Shown here: piece after piece, positions 56,230 through 64,000 of the stretch
Position numbering within the stretch: the first letter of the stretch is position 1
Layout: every line of letters starts with the position of its first letter
The notes under the pieces: generated by a model
What the model saw: only the letters and a program-made list of their open reading frames with translations
What the model was told of the DNA's origin: nothing
Database searches by the model: none
Assembly (NCBI GenBank): GCA_964016885.1
Contig: OZ024741.1
Span: 262,632,001 to 262,696,000 of the forward strand
Length of the DNA stretch: 64,000 nt
From: Eledone cirrhosa
Taxonomy: Eukaryota
Direction: 5' to 3'
Position numbers and translations under genes: made by a program

Positions 56230-59200
56230 GTTTCGCTTTACGAGTGTTTCGACTTACGAGTGTTTCGACATACGAGTGTTAAGGTTTACGAGTGTTTTGA
56301 TTTACGAGTGTTTTGACTTACGGGTGCTTCGACTTACGCGTGTTTCGACTTACGAGTGTTTCGACTTACGAGTGTTTCGACTTACGAGTGTTTCGGCTTA
56401 CGAGTGTTTTGACTTACGAGTGTTTCGGCTGGCGAGTGTTTCGACTTACGAGTGTTTTGACTTAAGGGTGTTTCGACTTACGAGTGTTTCGACTTACGAG
56501 TGTTTCGACTTACGAGTGTTTCGACTTACGAGTGTTCTGACTTACGAGTGTTCCGACTTACGAGTGTCTCGGCTTACGAGTGTTTCGATACGAGTGTTTC
56601 GACTTACGAGTGTTTCGGCTTACGAGTGTTTCGACTTACGAGTGTTTCGACTTACAAGTGTTCTGATTTACGGATGTTTCGACATACGAGTGTTTCGACT
56701 TACGAGTGTTTCGACATACGAGTGTTCCGACTTACGGGTGTTTCGACTTACGAGTGTTTTGGCTTACGGTGTTTCGACTTACGAGTGTTTCGGCTTACGA
56801 GTGTTTTGACTTAAGGGTGTTTCGACTTACGAGTGTTCTGATTTACGGATGTTTCGACGTACGAGTGTTTCGACTTACGAGTGTTTCGACTTACGAGTGT
56901 TTCGGCTTACGAGTGTTTCGACTTACGAGTGTTTCGACTTACGAGTGTTCTGATTTACGGATGTTTCGACATACGAGTGTTTCGACTTACGAGTGTTTCG
57001 ACTTACGAGTGTTTTGACTTACGTGTGTTTTGACATACGAGTGTTTCGATACGAGTGTTTCGACTTACGAGTGTTCTGACTTACGATTGTTCTGACTTAC
57101 GAGCGTTCTGACTTACGAGTGTTTCGGCTTACGAGTGTTTCGGCTTACGAGTGTTTCGACTTACGAGTGTTTCGACTTACGAGTGTTCCGACTTACGGGT
57201 GTTTCGACTTACGAGTGTTTTGGCTTACGGTGTTTCGACTTACGAGTGTTTCGAGTTAAGAGTGTTTTGACTTACGCGTGTTTTGACATACGAGTGTTCT
57301 GACTTACGAGTGTTCTGACTTACGAGTGTTCTGACTTACGAGTGTTCTGACTTACGAGTGTTCTGATTTACGGATGTTTCGAATTATGAGTGTTTCGACT
57401 ACGAGTGTTTCGACTTACGAGTGTTTCGACTACGAGTGTTTCGACTTACGAGTGTTCTGACTTACGAGTGTTCTGACTTACGGGTGTTCTGACTTACGAG
57501 TGTTCCGACTTACGAGTGTTTCGGCTTATGAGTGTTTCGACTACGAGTGTTTCGACTTACGAATGTTTTTGCTTACGAGTGTTTCGACTTACGAATGTTT
57601 TTGCTTACGAATGTTTTTGCTTACGAGTGTTCTGACTTACGAGTGTTTTGACTTACGAGTGTTCCGACTTAAGAGTGTTTTGGTTTACGTGTGTTTCGAC
57701 TTACGAATGTTTCGGCTTACGAGTGTTTCGACTTACGAGTGTTCCGACCTACGAGTGTTTCGGATACGGATGTTCCGACTTACGAGTATTTTCGGCTTAC
57801 GAGTGTTTTGACTTACGATTGTTTTGACTTACGATTGTTTCGGCTTACGAGTGTTTCGACTTACGAGTGTTTCGATTTACGAGTGTTTTGACTTACGGGT
57901 GTTTCGACTTACTAGTGTTTTGGTTTACGTGTGTTTCGACTTACGAATGTTTCGGCTTACGAGTGTTTCGACTTACGAGTGTTTCGACTTACGGTTGTTC
58001 TGACTTACGGGTATTCCGACTTACGAGTGATTTGGCATACGAGTGTTTCGACTTACGAGTGTTTTCGGCTTACGAGTGTTTCGACTTACGAGTGTTTTGA
58101 CTTACGATTGTTTCGGATTACGAGTGTTTCGACTTACGAGTGTTTCGGCTTACGAGTGTTTCGGCTTACGAGTGTTTTGACTTAAGGGTGTTTCGACGAG
58201 TGTTTCGATACGAGTGTTTCGACTTACGGGTGTTCTGACTTACGAGTGTTCTGATTTACGGATGTTTCGAATTATGAGTGTTTCGACTACGAGTGTTTCG
58301 ACTTACGAGTGTTCTGACTTACGAGTGTTCTGACTTACGGGTGTTCTGACTTACGAGTGTTCCGACTTACGAGTGTTTCGGCTTATGAGTGTTTCGGCTT
58401 ACGAGCGTTTCGACTACGAGTGTTTCGACTTACGTATGTTTTTGCTAACGAGTGTTTCGACTTACGAATGTTTTTGCTTACGAGTGTTTCGGCTTACGAG
58501 CGTTTCGACTTACAAGTGTTTTAAATTACGAGTGTTTTGACTTACGGTGTTTCGGCTTACGAGTGTTTCGACATACGAGTGTTTTGACTTACCGCTGTTT
58601 CGACTTACGGGTGTTTCGACTTACGAGAGTTTCGACTTACGAGTGTTCTGACTTACGAGTGTTCTGACTTACGAGTGTTCCGACTTGCGAGTGTTTCGGC
58701 TTACGAGTGTTTCGACATGCGAGTTTTTTTACTTACGAGTGTTTTGGGTTACGTGTGTTTCGACTTACGAGTGTTTCGACTTACGAGTGTTTCGACGTAC
58801 GAGTGTTTTGACTTGCGGGTGTTTCGACTTACGAGTGTTTTGGTTTACGTGTGTTTCGACTTACGAATGTTTCGGCTTACGAGTGTTTCGACTTACGAGT
58901 GTTCCGACCTACGAGTGTTTCGGCTACGGATGTTCCGACTTACGAGTATTTTCGGCTTACGAGTGTTTTGACTTACGATTGTTTTGACTTACGGGTATTT
59001 CGGCTTACGAGTGTTTCGACTTACGAGTGTTCTAACTTACGGGTGTTCTGACTTACGAGTGTTCCGACTTACGAGTGTTTCGACTTATGAGTGTTTCGGC
59101 TTACGAGCGTTTCGACTACGAGTGTTCTGACTTACGAGTGTTCTGACTTACGAGTGTTTCGGCTTACGAGTGTTTCGGCTTACGTGTGTTTCGGCTTACG

Positions 59201-61430
59201 AGTGTTTCGACTTACGAGTGTTTTGACTTACGGTGTTTCGGCTTACGAATGTTTTGACTTACGTGTGTTTTGACATACGAGTGTTTCGACTTACGAGTGT
59301 TTTGACTTACGTGTGTTTTGACATACGAGTGTTTCGATACGAGTGTTTCGTCTTACGAGTGTTCTGACTTACGATTGTTCTGACTTACGAGCGTTCTGAC
59401 TTACGAGTGTTTCGGCTTACGAGTGTTTCGGCTTACGAGTGTTTCGACTTACGAGTGTTTCGACTTACGAGTGTTCCGACTTACGGGTGTTTCGACTTAC
59501 GAGTGTTTTGGCTTACGGTGTTTCGACTTACGAGTGTTTCGAGTTAAGAGTGTTTTGACTTACGCGTGTTTTGACATACGAGTTTTCTGACTTACGAGTG
59601 TTCTGACTTACGAGTGTTCTGACTTACGAGTGTTCTGACTTACGAGTGTTCTGATTTACGGATGTTTCGAATTGTGAGTGTTTCGACTACGAGTGTTTCG
59701 ACTTACGAGTGTTTCGACTACGAGTGTTTCGACTTACGAGTGTTCTGACTTACGAGTGTTCTGACTTACGGGTGTTCTGACTTACGAGTGTTCCGACTTA
59801 CGAGTGTTTCGGCTTATGAGTGTTTCGACTACGAGTGTTTCGACTTACGAATGTTTTTGCTTACGAGTGTTTCGACTTACGAATGTTTTTGCTTACGAAT
59901 GTTTTTGCTTACGAGTGTTCTGACTTACGAGTGTTTTGACTTACGAGTGTTCCGACTTAAGAGTGTTTTGGTTTACGTGTGTTTCGACTTACGAATGTTT
60001 CGGCTTACGAGTGTTTCGACTTACGAGTGTTCCGACCTACGAGTGTTTCGGATAGGGATGTTCCGACTTACGAGTATTTTCGGCTTACGAGTGTTTTGAC
60101 TTACGATTGTTTTGACTTACGAGTGTTTCGATTTACGAGTGTTTTGAATTACGGGTGTTTCGACTTACGAGTGTTTTGGTTTACGTGTGTTTCGACTTAC
60201 GAATGTTTCGGCTTACGAGTGTTTCGACTTACGAGTGTTTCGACTTACGGTTGTTCTGACTTACGGGTATTCCGACTTACGAGTGATTTGGCATACGAGT
60301 GTTTCGACTTACGAGTGTTTTCGGCTTACGAGTGTTTCGACTTACGAGTGTTTTGACTTAAGGGTGTTTCGACGAGTGTTTCGATACGAGTGTTTCGACT
60401 TACGGGTGTTCTGACTTACGAGTGTTCTGATTTACGGATGTTTCGAATTATGAGTGTTTCGACTACGAGTGTTTCGACTTACGAGTGTTTCGACTACGAG
60501 TGTTTCGACTTACGAGTGTTCTGACTTACGAGTGTTCTGACTTACGAGTGTTTCGGCTTACGAGTGTTTCGGCTTACGTGTGTTTCGGCTTACGAGTGTT
60601 TCGACTTACGAGTGTTTTGACTTACGGTGTTTCGGCTTACGAATGTTTTGACTTACGAGTGTTTTGACTTACGGGTGTTTTGACATACGAGTGTTTCGAT
60701 ACGAGTGTTTCGACTTACGAGTGTTTCGATTTACGAGTGTTTTGAATTACGGGTGTTTCGACTTACGAGTGTTTTGGTTTACGTGTGTTTCGACTTACGA
60801 ATGTTTCGGCTTACGAGTGTTTCGACTTACGAGTGTTTCGACTTACGGTTGTTCTGACTTACGGGTATTCCGACTTACGAGTGATTTGGCATACGAGTGT
60901 TTCGACTTACGAGTGTTTTCGGCTTACGAGTGTTTCGACTTACGAGTGTTTTGACTTAAGGGTGTTTCGACGAGTGTTTCGATACGAGTGTTTCGACTTA
61001 CGGGTGTTCTGACTTACGAGTGTTCTGATTTACGGATGTTTCGAATTATGAGTGTTTCGACTACGAGTGTTTCGACTTACGAGTGTTTCGACTACGAGTG
61101 TTTCGACTTACGAGTGTTCTGACTTACGAGTGTTCTGACTTACGAGTGTTTCGGCTTACGAGTGTTTCGGCTTACGTGTGTTTCGGCTTACGAGTGTTTC
61201 GACTTACGAGTGTTTTGACTTACGGTGTTTCGGCTTACGAATGTTTTGACTTACGAGTGTTTTGACTTACGAGTGTTTTGACATACGAGTGTTTCGATAC
61301 GAGTGTTTCGACTTACGAGTGTTCTGACTTACGAGTGTTCTGACTTACGAGTGTTCTGACTTACGAGTGTTCCGACTTACGAGTGTTTCGGCTCACGAGT
61401 GTTTCGGCTTACGAGTGTTTCGACTTACGA

Positions 61431-61499
61431 AAATAACAAATAGACGCGGTTTCAAATCTCTATGCTTTTCAAGTTCATTACATTAATCTTTATTTATAC
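61431..61499. repeat. 69-bp AT-rich element, copy 12 (subtype D)
   Basis: Direct sequence match to copy 8. Confidence 0.95.
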
Positions 61500-63689
61500 G
61501 TTTCGCTTTACGAATGTTTCGACTTACGAGTGTTTCGACTTACGAGTGTTTCGGCATACGAGTGTTTTGACTTACGAGATTTTTTACTTACGGGTGTTTC
61601 GACTTACGCGTGTTTCGGCTTACGAATGTTTTGACTTACGAGTGTTTTGACTTACGGGTGTTTTGACATGCGAGTGTTTCGATACGAGTGTTTCGACTTA
61701 CGAGTGTTCTGACTTACGAGTGTTTTGTCTTACGATTGTTTCGGCTTACGAGTGTTTCGACTTACGAGTGTTTTGACTTACGGTGTTTCGGTTTACGCGT
61801 GTTTCGACTTACGAGTGTTTTGACTTACGGGTGTTTTGACATACGAGTGTTTCGATACGAGTGTTCTGACTTACGAGTGTTCTGACTTACGAGTGTTCTA
61901 ACTTACGGGTGTTCTGACTTACGAGTGTTCCGACTTACGAGTGTTTCGACTTATGAGTGTTTCGGCTTACGAGCGTTTCGACTACGAGTGTTTCGACTTA
62001 CGAATGTTTTTGCTTACGAGTGTTTCGACTTACGAATGTTTTTGCTTACGAGTGTTCTGACTTACGAGTGTTTTGACTTACGAGTGTTCCGACTTACGAG
62101 TGTTTTGGTTTACGTGTGTTTCGACTTACGAATGTTTCGGCTTACGAGTGTTTCGACTTACGAGTGTTCCGACCTACGAGTGTTTCGGCTACGGATGTTT
62201 CGAATTATGAGTGATTCGACTAAGAGTGTTTCGACTTACGAGTGTTTCGACTACGAGTGTTTCGACTTACGAGTGTTCTGACTTACGAGTGTTCTGACTT
62301 ACGTGTGTTCTGACTTACGAGTGTTTCGGCTTATGAGTGTTTCGGCTTACGAGCGTTTCGACTACGAGTGTTTCGACTTACGAATGTTTTTGCTAACGAG
62401 TGTTTCGACTTACGAATGTTTTTGCTTACGAGTGTTTCGGCTTACGAGTGTTTCGACTTACAAGTGTTTCGAATTACGAGTGTTTTGACTTACGGTGTTT
62501 CGGCTTACGAGTGTTTCGACATACGAGTGTTTTGACTTACCGCTGTTTCGACTTACGGGTGTTTCGACTTACGAGAGTTTCGACTTACGAGTGTTCTGAC
62601 TTACGAGTGTTCTGACTTACGAGTGTTCCGACTTGCGAGTGTTTCGGCTTACGAGTGTTTCGACATGCGAGTTTTTTTACTTACGGATGTTTCGACTTAC
62701 GGGTGTTTCGACTCACGAGTGTTTCTACTTACGAGTGTTTCGACTTACGAGTGTTCCGACTTACGAGTGTTTTGACTTACGAGTGTTCCGACTTACGAGT
62801 GTTTCGGCTTACGAGTGTTTCGGCTCACGAGTGTTTCGACTTACGAGTGTTCCGACTTACGAGTGTTTCGGCTACGGATGTTCCGACTTACGAGTATTTT
62901 CGGCTTACGAGTGTTTTGACTTACGATTGTTTTGAATTACGGGCATTTCGGCTTACGAGTGTTTCGACTTACGAGTGTTTCGACTTACGAGTGTTTAAAC
63001 TTACGAGTGTTTTGACTTACGGGTGTTTCGACTTACGAGTGTTTTGGCGTACGAGTGTTTCGACTTACGAGTGTTTCGACTTACGGGTGTTTTGACTTAC
63101 GGGTGTTTCGGCTTACGAGTGTTTCGACTTACGAGTGTTTTGACTTAAGGGTGTTTCGACTTACGAGTGTTTCGACTTACGAGTGTTTCGACTTACGAGT
63201 GTTTCGGATTACGAGTGTTTTGACTTGAGGGTTTTCGACTTACGAGTGTTTCGATACAAGTGTTTGGACTTACGAGTGTTCTGACTTACGAGTGTTCTGA
63301 CTTACGAGTGTTCTGACTTACAAGTGTTCTTACTTACGAGTGTTCCGACTTACGAGTGTTCCGACTTACGAGTGTTTCGGCTTACGAGTGTTTCGGCTTA
63401 CGAGTGTTTTGACTTACGAGTGTTTCGACTTACGAGTGTTCCGACTTACGGGTGTTTCGACTTACGAGTGTTTTGGTTCACGGTGTTTCGGCTTACGAGT
63501 GTTTCGAGTTACGAGTGTTTTGACTTACGCGTGTATTGACATACGAGTGTTTCGATACGAGTGTTCTGACTTACGAGTGTTCTGACTTACGAGTGTTCTG
63601 ACTTACGAGTGTTCTGACTTACGAGTGTTCCGACTTTACGAGTGTTTCGGCTCACGAGTGTTTCGGCTTACGAGTGTTTACACTTACAA

Positions 63690-63758
63690 AAATAACAAAT
63701 AGACGCGGTTTCAAATCTCTATGCTTTTCAAATTCATTACATTAATCTTTATTTATAC
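63690..63758. repeat. 69-bp AT-rich element, copy 13 (subtype B)
   Basis: Direct match to copy 2. The upstream monomer is mutated to TTTACACTTACAA. Confidence 0.95.
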
Positions 63759-64000
63759 GTTTCGCTTTACGAGTGCTTCGACTTACGAGTGTTTCGACAT
63801 ACGAGTGTTAAGGTTTACGAGTGTTTTGATTTACGAGTGTTTTGACTTACGGGTGCTTCGACTTAAGCGTGTTTCGACTTACGAGTGTTTCGACTTACGA
63901 GTGTTTCGACTTACGAGTGTTTCGGCTTACGAGTATTTTGACTAACGAGTGTTTCGGCTGGCGAGTGTTTCGACTTACGAGTGTTTTGACTTAAGGGTGT

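Larger units (their letters stand above)
54400..57350 (+). repeat. About 1.47-1.5-kb tandem duplication that includes one AT-rich element
   Basis: 54723/56192 and 55031/56500 (+1469), then 55517/57017 (+1500). Confidence 0.8.
42600..61530 (+). repeat. 13,403-bp-offset duplication (about 42.6-47.5 kb repeated at about 56.0-61.5 kb)
   Basis: 42789/56192, 44097/57500, 45272/58675, 46385/59788. A 32-bp loss and a 598-bp duplication follow (60485/61083), matching 47493/61462 = 13403-32+598. Confidence 0.88.
1..64000 (+). repeat. 16-bp satellite array, consensus GACTTACGAGTGTTTC, unidirectional, running to both window edges
   Basis: The monomer can be read continuously across the window. Common variants are ...GTTTT, ...GTTCT, ...GTTCC, GGCTTACG..., ...ACGGGT... 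and ...ACGAAT..., plus 12, 14, 15 and 17-bp indel monomers. No inverted blocks were seen. Confidence 0.99.

Noticed and set aside
129-63945. Hundreds of short + strand ORFs with LTSVSTYECFDLRVFR repeats
   Set aside because: Three 16-bp monomers give a stop-free 48-nt cycle in every + frame. The ORFs overlap in all frames and end at TGA/TAA variants, and frameshifting indel monomers are common. The minus strand has TAA in nearly every monomer, which explains the absence of minus ORFs.
1-64000. CRISPR array or leader (GTTTC-starting repeats, AT-rich element)
   Set aside because: There are no unique spacers between repeats, the 16-bp period is too short, and no cas genes are present.
1-64000. 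CENP-B box similarity of the variant TTCG-ACTTA-CGGG
   Set aside because: The canonical box is TTCG-N4-A-N2-CGGG, with 7 nt between half-sites. Here the spacing is 5 nt.
1-64000. Variant monomers as an information-storing code
   Set aside because: Variant order is explained by nested duplications plus point mutation. No enzyme gene or independent diversification signal is present.

Overview
The whole 64 kb window is one head-to-tail tandem array of a 16-bp monomer (consensus GACTTACGAGTGTTTC, roughly 4,000 copies), all in the same orientation. Variant monomers occur in fixed orders and form nested higher-order repeats and segmental duplications with offsets from about 0.6 kb to 13.4 kb. The only non-monomer DNA is a 69-bp AT-rich element (23% GC). 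It occurs 13 times between 27.5 and 63.8 kb, always at the same monomer position and in the same upstream context, and has four sequence subtypes. I find no credible protein-coding genes, RNA genes or CRISPR arrays: the ORF track is simply the translation of a 16-mer that has no stop codon on the + strand. The window looks like eukaryotic satellite DNA (centromeric, pericentromeric or subtelomeric), but organism and function cannot be determined from the sequence. Duplication boundaries were read by eye and are approximate.
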